A stretch of DNA of 64,000 bases from Lysobacterales bacterium. Lineage in GTDB: Bacteria; Pseudomonadota; Gammaproteobacteria; Xanthomonadales; SZUA-36. The stretch's first letter is position 1. Each line of letters opens with the position of its first letter. The notes beneath the pieces are model-generated. The model saw only the letters and a list, made by a program, of their open reading frames with translations. It did not search any database and was not told the DNA's origin. The stretch lies in contig JAWXBM010000107.1 in assembly GCA_034440115.1 (NCBI GenBank), forward strand, positions 947-64,946, written 5' to 3'. The translations under genes were made by a program, and so were the position numbers. Below, piece after piece: positions 1-10,558 of the stretch.

Positions 1-197
1 GGGATGCACTGGAACGGGGTGAGAACGTAAAGCTCTCAGGCTTCGGCAATTTTCAGTTGCGTGAAAAAAATCAACGTCCTGGTCGAAATCCAAAAACCGG
101 CGAAGAGATTCCAATCTCTGCCCGCCGTGTTGTTACGTTTCGTCCAGGGCAAAAACTTCGTGCAAGGGTAGAAGCCTATGTTGGATCCGGGGATTGA
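1..197 (+). CDS. ihfA: Integration host factor subunit alpha, C-terminal part (5' end outside window)
   Basis: Frame 3 translates to '...[59 protein letters not shown]', stop TGA at 195-197. This is the classic IHF/HU arm motif. The ihfA-merR-tRNA-Pro order matches pseudomonads. Confidence 0.9.
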   Translation, partial: DALERGENVKLSGFGNFQLREKNQRPGRNPKTGEEIPISARRVVTFRPGQKLRARVEAYVGSGD

Positions 198-534
198 CCG
201 TGATCTTCCGCCGATTCCGGCGAAACGTTATTTCACGATAGGCGAAGTCAGTGATTTGTGTGGTGTAAAGCCGCACGTACTGCGCTATTGGGAACAGGAA
301 TTTGAACAGTTAAAACCAGTCAAGAGACGCGGCAATAGACGCTATTACCAGCGTGGTGACGTGATGATGATACGGCAGATTCGCAGTTTGCTTTACGAAC
401 AGGGGTATACGATAGGCGGTGCACGACAAATGCTGGAGGGTGATGAAGCCCGGGATGACGTGAGCCGCAGCCAGCAAATCATCCGCCAGGTAAGGATGGA
501 ACTGGAACAAGTGCTGCACGTACTCAAAAGGTAG
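178..534 (+). CDS. MerR family transcriptional regulator (small, ihfA-linked)
   Basis: 118-aa ORF. The N-terminal HTH '[25 protein letters not shown]...RRGNRRYY' is typical of MerR. It overlaps the ihfA 3' end. Confidence 0.85.
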   Translation: MLDPGIDRDLPPIPAKRYFTIGEVSDLCGVKPHVLRYWEQEFEQLKPVKRRGNRRYYQRGDVMMIRQIRSLLYEQGYTIGGARQMLEGDEARDDVSRSQQIIRQVRMELEQVLHVLKR

Positions 535-670
535 TCTGACGATAGTGCGGCGGCAATCTGCTGCTACCCACCTGGAATCTTTCCTTTCCTGTAAGTCATT
601 GTTTTGTTACCATGCCGCCTCCCTGACCGGGCTGTTGTGCCTGGGTCAGGTTGAGTTTTGGGTCAATCGT

Positions 671-747
<77 letters not shown>

Positions 748-982
748 TCGATCTTTAGTTCCTTCAAAATCGGCTCGTAGCAAACTTTTTGCCGGGCCGT
801 TTTTTTTGCCAGCGGTTTCGTGCTGAACAGGTCTGAAGGTAATTAACTTGGCCTGTGACAGGCTTTGACGGATAATTCACGCAGAGCCATATATAAATGC
901 TGCAGGTGGGTGCAATCTGCAGCCATTTGAGCACAAGGAAGCTCACTCGTTGCACGAGTTTCCCGGGCAATCGGAGAATGTT

Positions 983-1966
983 ATGTGTCCTGTTGAAAGC
1001 GTCCTGCGCGATATGCCAGACATCGCCAACGAAGCCAAGGCTCAAGTGGCCGGTGAATTGGCTTGGGTAGGCATGAATGAAATCGAAATGCCTGTGCGCA
1101 TCGAAGATGATAAGGGTGGCCTGATTCAATCGACTGCTATGGTTACGGCCTACGTCAATCTCAGCGATCCGCAGGTGCGTGGCATACACATGTCGCGGCT
1201 GTACCTGCACCTGGATCAGGCATTTGAACAGCGTCCTTTGAATCCCTGCACTCTGCGCCAGTTGTTGCGCTCTTTCCTGGACTCACACATCGGCCTCAGT
1301 GACCGGGCGCTAATTCGAGTAGATTTCGATTACATCACCCGCAGGCCAGCGCTGGAGAGCGATAACGAAGGTTGGCGTCGTTACCCCGTGTCCATGATCG
1401 GTATTCTGGAAGGCAATGAGTTCAGCCTGGAGATGGGCCTGGAAGTCCTTTATTCCAGTACCTGTCCCTGTTCTGCGGCTTTGGCCCGGCAGTTGATTCA
1501 GGATCAATTCCGCAATGACTTTACCGACGGGAAAGAATTGAATCGTGAAGAAGTCCTGAGCTGGTTGGGCAGTGAGCAAGGCATTGTGGCCACGCCACAC
1601 AGCCAACGCAGCGCTGCGGAGATTCGCGTGAGGCTGACACCCAGTTTCGAAATGTTCCCCATCGTCGAGCTTATCGACGAGATCGAAGGCGCTTTGAAGA
1701 CACCCGTTCAGGCAACTGTAAAGCGAGAAGATGAGCAGGCCTTTGCCTTGTTGAATGGCAGTAACCTGATGTTCTGCGAAGATGCTGGTCGGCGCGTTCA
1801 AACGGCACTGAACAACGATGAGCGAATACTCGATTTCTGGGCACGCTGCACACACTATGAAAGTCTGCATCCCCACAATGCGGTGGCCGTGGTTACCAAA
1901 AGTGTTGCTGGTGGTTACGTGGCAGGTGCCGGTGCACCGGTGCGCCTGAGCGTCGCGCGAAAATAA
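983..1966 (+). CDS. folE2: GTP cyclohydrolase FolE2 (type IB)
   Basis: The ORF is 950..1966 with a TTG at 950. I prefer the ATG at 983, which is preceded by GGAG. Motifs 'LAWVGMNEIEMPV' and 'YSSTCPCSAALARQL' are characteristic of FolE2. Confidence 0.8.
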   Translation: MCPVESVLRDMPDIANEAKAQVAGELAWVGMNEIEMPVRIEDDKGGLIQSTAMVTAYVNLSDPQVRGIHMSRLYLHLDQAFEQRPLNPCTLRQLLRSFLDSHIGLSDRALIRVDFDYITRRPALESDNEGWRRYPVSMIGILEGNEFSLEMGLEVLYSSTCPCSAALARQLIQDQFRNDFTDGKELNREEVLSWLGSEQGIVATPHSQRSAAEIRVRLTPSFEMFPIVELIDEIEGALKTPVQATVKREDEQAFALLNGSNLMFCEDAGRRVQTALNNDERILDFWARCTHYESLHPHNAVAVVTKSVAGGYVAGAGAPVRLSVARK

Positions 1967-2010
1967 ATTCTGAGTATCGCGCGCAACTAACTCCTAAGGC
2001 GAATGCTGGC

Positions 2011-2865
2011 TTATTGGCTGGCAGATTCCAGTGCGGCAGGCTCGCCCTTAACCAGTAATTGCGGATCGACCCGACGGTTCAGCCAGTTCATGCGCCAATC
2101 CAGGTGCGGGCCGGATGCTCGTCCGGTCGCACCAATACGCGCAATGAGGTCGCCCTGGCTTACGGTGCTGCCGGTTTCCACCAGAATTTCACTCAGGTGC
2201 AAGAAGGTGGAAGACAGGCCCTGTCCGTGATCAACGATGAGCGTGCCGCCTGAGAAATACATGTCATCGTAGGCCAGCGTAACAATCCCGCCTGCCGGTG
2301 CATAAACCGGGTCTCCAGTGGGGGCAGCGATATCCAGCCCATAGTGTGGTCGGCCCGGCTCGCCATTCAGAACTCGTTGACTGCCATAGACGCCACTGAT
2401 GCGCCCGGCAGCCGGCCACTCAAATCCATATAGATAATCAATGCGTTGATCGCGCAGCCTGCGCGCAGACGCCACCATGGCGGCTTCCTGCTTGATGCGC
2501 TCAGCAGCTTCGGGGTCAGGTGTAACTGTGCGCGGCGGCAGGCCATCCACCCGCTCGACATCGTATTGGCGTGCTTGTACCGTCAATGCCATGGTTTCCG
2601 GCATTTGTGCCGGGCTGCTGATAACCAATTCGCGGGTACCGCTTTCATCCCGGTCAAAGCCGATCACAAAATGCCCGTCAGCCGAGGTCAAAACGCTTTC
2701 ACCATCCAGGGTAACCGTGCTGCCGGGTTGGGACTGGCCAAATATCAGGCCCCCCTGAATCACTTCACCGCTGATTTGGGTTTGGGCCTGCAGCGCAATG
2801 GGGAAAAACACGACACCAGCTATTACGGCAGTATGTAACTTTACCAGCAACGCCTTACGAATCAT
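2011..2865 (-). CDS. M23 family metallopeptidase (peptidoglycan DD-endopeptidase-like), secreted
   Basis: Has an N-terminal signal-like segment. M23 motifs present: 'HYGLDIAAPTGDPVYAPAGGIV' and 'GATGRASGPHLDWRMNW'. Confidence 0.85.
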   Translation of the reverse strand: MIRKALLVKLHTAVIAGVVFFPIALQAQTQISGEVIQGGLIFGQSQPGSTVTLDGESVLTSADGHFVIGFDRDESGTRELVISSPAQMPETMALTVQARQYDVERVDGLPPRTVTPDPEAAERIKQEAAMVASARRLRDQRIDYLYGFEWPAAGRISGVYGSQRVLNGEPGRPHYGLDIAAPTGDPVYAPAGGIVTLAYDDMYFSGGTLIVDHGQGLSSTFLHLSEILVETGSTVSQGDLIARIGATGRASGPHLDWRMNWLNRRVDPQLLVKGEPAALESASQ

Positions 2866-2889
2866 CAGTTCAGATTATTGGTTCAGGCG

Positions 2890-4458
2890 TTAAAGCTGGA
2901 TACGCAGTTTCTGACCGGGTTGCAGCACCACGCTTTTGTCCAGGCTGTTCCAACTGCGCAGGTCATTAACTCGAACCTTGTATCTACGCGCAATGCTCCA
3001 CAGCGAATCGCCGCGCGTGACGACATAACGTACTTCGCTGCTGTTGCCATTGGCTGAACGACTTTGTGTGGGCGTGTGGAACACCACCAATTCCTTGCCT
3101 ATGCGCAGCCGGCGCGGATCAGTGATGTTATTCCACTGCTGCAGTTCGGTGATTGAAACACGGTAGCGCTTGGCAATCACCGACAGGTTTTCACCTGCGC
3201 GTATCCTGTGAGTGATCCGATCAGCCGAAATCAGACCGGACTGCAACTCTTGTAATTCGGCGGCAGCTGCGGCGTATTGCGGGTCTACCAATAATTGCTC
3301 GTCACGCGGTAACAACAACTTTTGCCCGGGTTGAATGGTGTTGTTACTCAGTTGATTACTCGATTTGAGTACATCCAGCGGAACTTGATGACGGCTGGCC
3401 AGAGAGGACAGGGTATCGCCACGCTCCACCACCACCTGGTCCCAGCGCATCAACGAGGCTGGGTCTATGGTTTTCAGAGCGGCTTCCAGTAATGTAGCAT
3501 TTTCCAACGGCAGCACCACTCTGAAGGGCCCTTCGGGCGAAGTAGCCCAGCGGTTGTAACCAGGATTCAACGTGAACAACACATCGATCGGCGTCTTGCT
3601 CATTTGTGACAGCAGCACCAGGTCAGCCTGTAGGCCAATATCCACCGCAGCAATGACGGGTTCATCCGCTGTCTCGGCCATTTTGAAGGCATAGCGTTCG
3701 GGGTATTTGAACAAACAGGTCAACCCCATCAGCTTGGGCACATAACCACGGGTTTCACGGGGCAGGCTGAGATTCCAGTAATCAGTTGGTTTGCCGGCGG
3801 CCCGATTGCGCTTGACCTGGCGCGACACACGGCCTTCGCCGGTGTTGTATCCAGCCAGGGCCAGCAGCCAATCGCCTTCGAACATTTCGTTCATGTAGGA
3901 CAGATATTCCAGCGCTGCCTGGGTGGAAGACCAGACATCGCGCCTGCCTTCATACCACCAATTCTGCTTCAGCCCATAGCGGCGACCTGTTTCCGCGATG
4001 AATTGCCAGGTTCCCAGGGCGCGACCGCTGGAGAAAGCGAAAGGGTCATAAGCCGATTCAACGATGGGCAGCAAAGCCAGTTCGCCCGGCATATTGCGCC
4101 GTTCCAGTTCCTCGGCAATATAGTGGATCCAGGGCTCAGCACGTTTAAAGATACGCGCCATGTATTCCGGCCGGTCAGCGTACCAACGGGCCCACTGCAG
4201 GTTGACTTCGCGGTCGGAACACTCCGGCAGGGAAAAACGATCAACCACGCGCTCCCAGACGTTGACATAGGCTTGACCTTTTTCAATCGGGGGCAGTTCA
4301 AACAGGTGTTCATCGACAACCGCGGCATCGATGGGGGGTGGGTTTTCCACCAGAGGACTAGTTAACTCCGGAACTTCGCCAGTATTCTTATTTGTGCCCG
4401 TCGCGGCACAACCGGCAAGTAACAGAAAGACCAACGCTGCCAAAATTTTTACCGGCAC
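2890..4458 (-). CDS. mltD: Membrane-bound lytic murein transglycosylase D, lipoprotein with C-terminal LysM repeats
   Basis: Lipobox 'LLLAGCA', an SLT domain ('ESAYDPFAFSSGRALGTWQF', 'AGYNTGEG'), and three LysM-like repeats at the C-terminus. The mltD-gloB synteny matches E. coli. Confidence 0.9.
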   Translation of the reverse strand: MPVKILAALVFLLLAGCAATGTNKNTGEVPELTSPLVENPPPIDAAVVDEHLFELPPIEKGQAYVNVWERVVDRFSLPECSDREVNLQWARWYADRPEYMARIFKRAEPWIHYIAEELERRNMPGELALLPIVESAYDPFAFSSGRALGTWQFIAETGRRYGLKQNWWYEGRRDVWSSTQAALEYLSYMNEMFEGDWLLALAGYNTGEGRVSRQVKRNRAAGKPTDYWNLSLPRETRGYVPKLMGLTCLFKYPERYAFKMAETADEPVIAAVDIGLQADLVLLSQMSKTPIDVLFTLNPGYNRWATSPEGPFRVVLPLENATLLEAALKTIDPASLMRWDQVVVERGDTLSSLASRHQVPLDVLKSSNQLSNNTIQPGQKLLLPRDEQLLVDPQYAAAAAELQELQSGLISADRITHRIRAGENLSVIAKRYRVSITELQQWNNITDPRRLRIGKELVVFHTPTQSRSANGNSSEVRYVVTRGDSLWSIARRYKVRVNDLRSWNSLDKSVVLQPGQKLRIQL

Positions 4459-4538
4459 CAGGAATCCTCAGTTTCTTGTTTTCGCAGGCTATTATGCGCG
4501 CGCAGGTGTTCGGGTCAAGTTTTTTTGCCTGAAGCGGG

Positions 4539-5309
4539 TCAGTAGCCGTCTTTCCATTGCCGAATGACCTGCAACGTACTGGCGCCTGCACTTGCCGTCG
4601 GGTTACGTTGCTGCGCAGCGTGGATGACAGCGGATTCCCGGCTGCGCAAGAATGGATTTACCGCCAATTCCTCATCCAGACGACTGGGCAAGGTGATTTT
4701 TCCAGCGGCTCTGGCAGCCCGTACCCGTTGTGTTTTTGCCAACAATGCCGGGTTTTTCGGTTCAACCTCAAGCGCAAAGCGGCAATTGGCCTCGGTGTAT
4801 TCGTGCGCGCAATACACCAGGGTGTCACTGGGGAGAGCTGCCATTTTGTCCAGCGATTGCTGCATTTGTGCTGCAGTGCCTTCAAACAGTCGTCCGCAAC
4901 CGACGCTGAACAGGGTATCGCCGCAGAACAAGCTGCCGTGCCCGTAAAAGGCAATGTGGCTGCGGGTATGACCGGGCACTTCCAAAACTTTGAATTCCAG
5001 GCCCAACTCTGGAACTTGAACGATATCGCCCTGGCCAACCACGGAGTGCAAAGCGGGAATGCGCGCATCAGCGGGCCCAACCAATTTTGCATGCCACTCT
5101 TCAGCCAGGCTGGAAACCCCCCCAATATGGTCGGCATGGTGGTGAGTTAGCAAAATCGTACTTAATCGCAGGCCAGTCTGCTGCAGCACCCGGCGTACCG
5201 GTTCTGCGTCCCCCGGGTCCACTACCGCGCATTCCTTGCCACCGGTATGCAGCAGCCAGATATAATTGTCCTGGAATGCCGGAATGGCGCTGATATTGAT
5301 TGCGGGCAT
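4539..5309 (-). CDS. gloB: Hydroxyacylglutathione hydrolase (glyoxalase II)
   Basis: The ORF extends to 5405. I chose the internal ATG at 5309 ('MPAINISAIPAFQDNYIWLL'), the canonical GloB N-terminus. The metallo-beta-lactamase motif 'THHHADHIGG' is present. Confidence 0.9.
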   Translation of the reverse strand: MPAINISAIPAFQDNYIWLLHTGGKECAVVDPGDAEPVRRVLQQTGLRLSTILLTHHHADHIGGVSSLAEEWHAKLVGPADARIPALHSVVGQGDIVQVPELGLEFKVLEVPGHTRSHIAFYGHGSLFCGDTLFSVGCGRLFEGTAAQMQQSLDKMAALPSDTLVYCAHEYTEANCRFALEVEPKNPALLAKTQRVRAARAAGKITLPSRLDEELAVNPFLRSRESAVIHAAQQRNPTASAGASTLQVIRQWKDGY

Positions 5310-5407
5310 GTTTAATCTCTTATGGTCGATCAGTCTCACAGGATATAGCTGATGTTGGCAGATTCCAACAGCATGCGCACTGCTTCTTGCGTGGTTTCGG
5401 CACACGG

Positions 5408-6085
5408 GTGAATCCTGTGTCCGGTTCTTTGTCTGGTGCTGCCAAATCGCTGGCGCTGGATTCTGCAGCCTTGTTACAGAAGGCGTGCCGAGCCGGACGA
5501 CAGGGCAGTGTATTGCTCATCAAGCACCCGGCTTTACCCTGGCCGGAACTGAGTTGCATCGAACGCAACCAACGGTCTTTTGGCCTTGCTGTTCACCTCG
5601 AACAAGGTAAGAGTGCCGAACGCTATTCTGGTTTGCAAAGTCGCAGCGATGAATTGCCTTTTCTGGAATCTTCCTTCAAACAGGTTGCCCTGTGGCATGT
5701 GATTGCTACCGGGCAGGAAGCAGAACTGGCAGAGGCCTGCCGGGTATTGGCGCCGGATGGCGAGTTACTCTTGCTTGGGCTTAACAGTGCAGGTCTGCGT
5801 GCCCGCAGGTACCAGCAAGCGAAGAATCTGCCACGACTGAAACGCCAAGCACTAAGCCGCCGGTTGTCGGAACTGGGTATGGAAGTAACCGGTGTATTGG
5901 GAACAGGTTTATTAGGCGCAGGTTTGTTTGGTTTGGCCGACAGGGTTTTTCAACAGAACGGCTTCGGTGCCTTGCTATTGCCGGTAGTTGACTTGTTGGT
6001 GATACGCGCACAGGCGGTCAACCCGGCAAGTGCCAGCCAGGTTCGGCTGGAGCGTTTTCGGGCGGAAGTGGCACCGACTGCATGA
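5408..6085 (+). CDS. SAM-dependent methyltransferase-like protein (YafS-like)
   Basis: Lies between gloB and rnhA, exactly like E. coli yafS. Contains 'LPFLESSFKQVALWHVI...EACRVLAPDGELLLLGLN'. The ORF opens at 5300 (TTG) but that would overlap the divergent gloB start, so a GTG at 5408 is a guess. Confidence 0.55.
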   Translation: MNPVSGSLSGAAKSLALDSAALLQKACRAGRQGSVLLIKHPALPWPELSCIERNQRSFGLAVHLEQGKSAERYSGLQSRSDELPFLESSFKQVALWHVIATGQEAELAEACRVLAPDGELLLLGLNSAGLRARRYQQAKNLPRLKRQALSRRLSELGMEVTGVLGTGLLGAGLFGLADRVFQQNGFGALLLPVVDLLVIRAQAVNPASASQVRLERFRAEVAPTA

Positions 6086-6152
6086 TGGATAATAAAGAAG
6101 CTCTGAATAAATCCATTCATGGATTTCTCAGAGCACGGAGTTGGCTGTATTT

Positions 6153-6593
6153 ATGATGAGTTCAAAAAGCCTGGATATTTATACGGATGGCGCCTGCAGT
6201 GGCAACCCGGGGCCGGGTGGTTGGGGCAGTGTGCTGCTGTGGGGGGACCACCGGCGGGAGCTTTCCGGTGGGGAAAAAGATACCACCAACAACCGCATGG
6301 AAATGCTGGCGGTAATTCGCGCTTTGGAGGCGCTGAAAAAACCTAGTGTCATAAATCTTTTTACCGACTCCATTTACGTGCTGAAAGGCATTACCGAATG
6401 GCTGCCACAGTGGAAAAAACGTAATTGGCGCACCGCGTCCCGGCAGCCGGTCAAAAATGTTGATTTGTGGCAACAACTGGAAGCGGCTGTGCAACCACAT
6501 CAGGTAAAGTGGAATTGGGTTAAAGGTCATAGTGGTGTACCCGAAAATGAACGTGCCGATGAGTTGGCGCGTTTGGCTATTGCACGAGCTTAA
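6153..6593 (+). CDS. rnhA: Ribonuclease HI
   Basis: '[19 protein letters not shown]...NNRMEMLA...[18 protein letters not shown]'. ATG at 6153 with GGAG upstream. The ORF opens at a TTG at 6141. Confidence 0.9.
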   Translation: MMSSKSLDIYTDGACSGNPGPGGWGSVLLWGDHRRELSGGEKDTTNNRMEMLAVIRALEALKKPSVINLFTDSIYVLKGITEWLPQWKKRNWRTASRQPVKNVDLWQQLEAAVQPHQVKWNWVKGHSGVPENERADELARLAIARA

Positions 6594-6631
6594 AAGGAAT
6601 GCAAAAAACTAATGAGCAGAGGGATTGAGGC

Positions 6632-7363
6632 ATGGCTTTGAGACAAATCGTTCTGGACACTGAAACCACCGGCCTGGAAGTCAGTGATGGCAATCGGCTG
6701 ATTGAAATTGGCGCGGTGGAATTGCTGGAACGAAGAATTACCGGCAAGCAATTTCATTATTACCTCAATCCGCAGCGCTCAATAGAGGAAGGTGCTTTGG
6801 AAGTGCATGGAATTACCGAAGACTTTCTGCAGGATAAGCCCCTGTTTGCTGAAGTGTCAGCGGAGTTTCTTGAGTTTATTCAGGATGCAGAACTGGTCAT
6901 CCACAATGCGGCCTTCGATCTGGGCTTTCTGGACGCCGAACTGGCCATGTTGGCCGATCCAGCCGGGCGAGTCAGTGATTTTGCATCGGTGCTCGATACT
7001 CTGGAGTTGGCGCGGGAGATGCATCCAGGGCAAAGAAACAGTCTGGATGCTTTATGTAAACGCTATGAAATAGACAACAGCAGCCGCAATCTGCATGGCG
7101 CTCTGCTGGATGCGCAAATCCTCGCTGAAGTTTACCTGGCCATGACCGGCGGTCAGACCGACCTGGGGCTCAGTTTCGGAGTCAGCCAGAGCCGCACAGA
7201 GATCAGCACAGACATTGACGCCGGTAACAGGCCGCCGCTGCGAGTGCTGTATCCCAGGCTGGATGAATTGGAACTGCATCAGAACCGGTTGCAGGCTATC
7301 CGCAAGGCTTCTGGCAGTTGTTTGTGGTTGGAGATGAATGAGAACGGGATTAGCCAGCTCTAA
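6632..7363 (+). CDS. dnaQ: DNA polymerase III subunit epsilon (3'-5' proofreading exonuclease)
   Basis: Exo motifs 'IVLDTETTGL', 'LVIHNAAFDLGFL' and 'HGALLDAQILAEVY'. The rnhA/dnaQ neighbourhood is conserved. Confidence 0.92.
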   Translation: MALRQIVLDTETTGLEVSDGNRLIEIGAVELLERRITGKQFHYYLNPQRSIEEGALEVHGITEDFLQDKPLFAEVSAEFLEFIQDAELVIHNAAFDLGFLDAELAMLADPAGRVSDFASVLDTLELAREMHPGQRNSLDALCKRYEIDNSSRNLHGALLDAQILAEVYLAMTGGQTDLGLSFGVSQSRTEISTDIDAGNRPPLRVLYPRLDELELHQNRLQAIRKASGSCLWLEMNENGISQL

Positions 7364-7392
7364 TCATGGCGTAAGAACCACGTACGCAAAGG

Positions 7393-8772
7393 TCAAAGCT
7401 GAGTAACCAGCAAAGGATGATCGCGGGTATCCATCCAGGTCAGGATTTCATAATAGCGCTGGATACTGTCTACAAAGGCGCGCGCCTCGTTGCCACGGGC
7501 ATAGCCGTGACGTGTCTGGCTGAAGTATTTTTCCTGGGTCAGCAAGCTCAGGCTTTGACGCACATCGGCCCAGCTATCGGGGTTAAGGCCTTGCGCCTGC
7601 GTGAGTTTGCGCACATCGCGTAAATGCCCCAGGCCGAGGTTGTAGCCGGCCAGCGCCATCCAGGTTCTGTCGGGCTCAGGAATGCGCTCGGGCAAACGAT
7701 CACGCAAGCGCGCCAGGTAACGACCACCACCATCAATGCTCTGGTATGGGTCCAAACGATTGGTCACACCCAGCTGTCGCGCCGTTTGTTCGGTCAACAT
7801 CATGATGCCGCGAACACCCGTAATCGACTTGGCCTCCGCATCCCAGTTCGATTCCTGGTAACCGATGGCTGCCAACAGGCGCCAATCCATGTCATAGATT
7901 TCACCCGCTTGCTGGAAAGCACCGATCAGCGTCGGCAGGCGTTCCCGCAGGCGCTGCAGAAAATTCGCCATGTCGATGGGTTCATGGCTGGCAATTCCGT
8001 CGTAAAACTGCCGCATGATATTGGCCAGCAGACCATTTTTTCTGGCCTGGAGCATAAACACATTGGCCGCTTCCACCAGGCTGGTATCCGGGCCCGGCGG
8101 AAACGCCCAGGCGTGCGGCACCGTGCCAGGCAGGCTGAGGGCCGCTTCCAGGCGAGGATAAAAGGATCGGTGCAAATCAAAAATGCTGGAGTCGATCAAG
8201 GTGGCATCAATGGCTTTGTCGGATAAGGCCAGTAACAGGCTTTCAATGCCGACATCTTCGCGGGTTTCCCATTCCAGGGCAGGGTGGTCCAACTGCGCTT
8301 GCTCAAGGACTTCAACGTAACTGGAGCCAGCGACGACCATGATTTTGCGACCTGCCAAGTCAGCCAGGTTCTTTAGCTGTTTTTTGCTGCGCCTGGTGAT
8401 GACCAGAATCGAGGTTTCCAGGTAATCAGGCCCGAAATTGAAGTATTGTTCACGAGTTTTGGTCCGGCTCAGGTTGGCTGCGATCATGTCGCCTTGCCCT
8501 TGCTGCAACATGCCTTCAAGCTGGCCAAAAGCATCCGCCAGTTTCACTTGCATCTCTACACCGAGGAATTCGGCAAAGGCTTTGGCCAGCTCAAATTCCG
8601 GCCCCGTGGGGCCTGATGCGTCTTCATAATAACTGCTGGCACCATTGCGGCTGAGCAAAGTGATGCTGCCGCGTTGTTGCACTTGCTCCAGCAGGTTGGG
8701 CTGATCATCACCAGAATAAATCAGTGGCAACAGCAGTAACCAGGCCAATAGTTTTTGCAGAGCCAGCTTCAC
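7393..8772 (-). CDS. mltF: Membrane-bound lytic murein transglycosylase F
   Basis: Signal peptide, an N-terminal solute-binding-like domain, and a C-terminal SLT domain ('IGYQESNWDAEAKSITGVRGIMMLT', 'AGYNLGLGH'). Confidence 0.88.
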   Translation of the reverse strand: MKLALQKLLAWLLLLPLIYSGDDQPNLLEQVQQRGSITLLSRNGASSYYEDASGPTGPEFELAKAFAEFLGVEMQVKLADAFGQLEGMLQQGQGDMIAANLSRTKTREQYFNFGPDYLETSILVITRRSKKQLKNLADLAGRKIMVVAGSSYVEVLEQAQLDHPALEWETREDVGIESLLLALSDKAIDATLIDSSIFDLHRSFYPRLEAALSLPGTVPHAWAFPPGPDTSLVEAANVFMLQARKNGLLANIMRQFYDGIASHEPIDMANFLQRLRERLPTLIGAFQQAGEIYDMDWRLLAAIGYQESNWDAEAKSITGVRGIMMLTEQTARQLGVTNRLDPYQSIDGGGRYLARLRDRLPERIPEPDRTWMALAGYNLGLGHLRDVRKLTQAQGLNPDSWADVRQSLSLLTQEKYFSQTRHGYARGNEARAFVDSIQRYYEILTWMDTRDHPLLVTQL

Positions 8773-9102
8773 TGTTGGTCAGAAAGCCCTGTGGGGAATG
8801 ATCAAGGATTGGTCCATTACTATCTGCAGCCTGTTTCCACAAGCTGAAGACTGATTGACCATAACGGACTGTGGGCCTGTATACCGCATCAAGTGTGTTC
8901 CAGGTAGGGAAAAACGTAGCGCTTGCCTGACATCCGGCTGGACATAATAATCGGGCCCGCCGCTGCATGCCATTGTTGTGCATTGATGATCTGAACACAC
9001 TTTTCGGGCAGAGTTCTTCGACCAAGCCATTTAGCCCAGTTCGTCAGCCAGATTCTTCTGTTAAAATGCCGCCTCTTTTGTGGTGCAGTATTTGGAGTTT
9101 TC

Positions 9103-10527
9103 TTGAGCGTCAGAACCCGTTTTGCCCCCAGCCCAACTGGCTTCCTGCATGTGGGCGGTGCCCGCACCGCCTTGTTCTGCTATTTGCAGGCAAGGGCCAA
9201 AGGCGGCCAGTTCATTTTGCGTATCGAAGATACCGATCTTGAGCGTTCCACCGAGGAGTCGGTGCAAGCCATTCTGAATGGCATGCACTGGCTGGGGCTG
9301 GATTATGACGAAGGTCCGATTTTCCAGACGCATCGCTTTGCGCGTTACGCCGAAGTGACCCGAACTTTGCTGGCTGAGAACAAGGCTTATCACTGCTACT
9401 GCCCCAAAGATCGCCTGGAAATATTGCGCGAACAGCAGATGCAGCAAGGTCTTAAGCCCCGTTATGATGGCCTGTGTCGTGATCGTAAAGATATCCCCCA
9501 AGATATTTCCCGGAGCATCAAGCCGGTGGTGCGTTTCCGCAATCCCGACGAGGGCGATGTAAGCTGGGACGATGCCGTTCGTGGGCTGATCAGTATTTCC
9601 AATACCGAACTGGATGACCTGGTGATTGCCCGGCCAGATGGCTCACCCACTTACAATTTCACCGTGGTGGTTGACGACATCGATATGGCAGTTTCGCTGG
9701 TGATTCGCGGGGATGACCACATCAACAACACACCTCGTCAGATTAATATTTATCGCGCCCTGGGCGCTGAATTACCCCGCTTTGCCCATGTGCCGATGAT
9801 TCTGGGTGCGGATGGTGCGCGGTTATCCAAACGCCACGGTGCAGTGGGTGTGATGCAGTATCGTGATGACGGTTATCTGCCGCAGGCACTGCTGAATTAT
9901 CTGGTGCGGCTGGGTTGGTCGCATGGTGACCAGGAAGTGTTCAGCATGGCGGAAATGATCGAATACTTCGATATAGTTGATGTTAATCGCAAGGCGGCAG
10001 CCTTTGATTACAACAAGCTGGATTGGTTGAATCAACACTATATGCGGGAGCTGCCTGCATCTGAAGTGGCTGCTCATCTGCGCTGGCATATGGATCATGT
10101 TGGCTTGAATGTGCAGAGTGGACCGGCTCTTGCCGATCTGGTAACTGTGCAGTCCGAGCGGGTTAAAACCCTGAAGGAAATGGCCGCAGTCAGTACCGTG
10201 TACTATCAGGACTATGATGATTTTGAGCCCACTGCCGCCAAAAAACATTTGCGCCTAGTGGCAGCGGAACCTTTGCAGGCCATTCGTGCCAGTCTGGCAG
10301 CAGTGGTAGATTGGCAACCCGAAGCACTGGATCAAGCGGTGCACCAGACCGCTGAAGGGCTGGGCGTTAATATGGGCAAGGTAGCGCAACCTTTGCGCGT
10401 GGCGCTGACCGGCACTTCAGTTTCTCCGGCGATCGATAAAACCCTGTGGCTGGTTGGTAAAGATCGCAGCCTGGAGCGCATCGATCGGGCATTGCAGTTT
10501 ATCGAGCAGCGTGGTGCTGCAGAGTAA
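9103..10527 (+). CDS. gltX: Glutamate--tRNA ligase
   Basis: TTG start with GGAG upstream. 'RTRFAPSPTGFLHVGGARTALF' (HIGH region) and 'LSKRHG' (KMSKS). Confidence 0.95.
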   Translation: MSVRTRFAPSPTGFLHVGGARTALFCYLQARAKGGQFILRIEDTDLERSTEESVQAILNGMHWLGLDYDEGPIFQTHRFARYAEVTRTLLAENKAYHCYCPKDRLEILREQQMQQGLKPRYDGLCRDRKDIPQDISRSIKPVVRFRNPDEGDVSWDDAVRGLISISNTELDDLVIARPDGSPTYNFTVVVDDIDMAVSLVIRGDDHINNTPRQINIYRALGAELPRFAHVPMILGADGARLSKRHGAVGVMQYRDDGYLPQALLNYLVRLGWSHGDQEVFSMAEMIEYFDIVDVNRKAAAFDYNKLDWLNQHYMRELPASEVAAHLRWHMDHVGLNVQSGPALADLVTVQSERVKTLKEMAAVSTVYYQDYDDFEPTAAKKHLRLVAAEPLQAIRASLAAVVDWQPEALDQAVHQTAEGLGVNMGKVAQPLRVALTGTSVSPAIDKTLWLVGKDRSLERIDRALQFIEQRGAAE

Positions 10528-10558
10528 GCTGCACATTCGAAAGTATTGAGGGGCGTGA

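Noticed and set aside
830-982. Zur box or riboswitch upstream of folE2
   Set aside because: FolE2 is often Zur-regulated, but I see no AT-rich palindrome of the 'GAAATGTTATAWTATAACATTTC' type. There is only a short hairpin ('CTGCAGGTGGGTGCAATCTGCAG'). That is insufficient evidence.
8773-9102. ORFs of 83-105 aa in the mltF/gltX divergent intergenic region
   Set aside because: They overlap one another in different frames, lack RBS and motifs, and lie where the two divergent promoters are expected.
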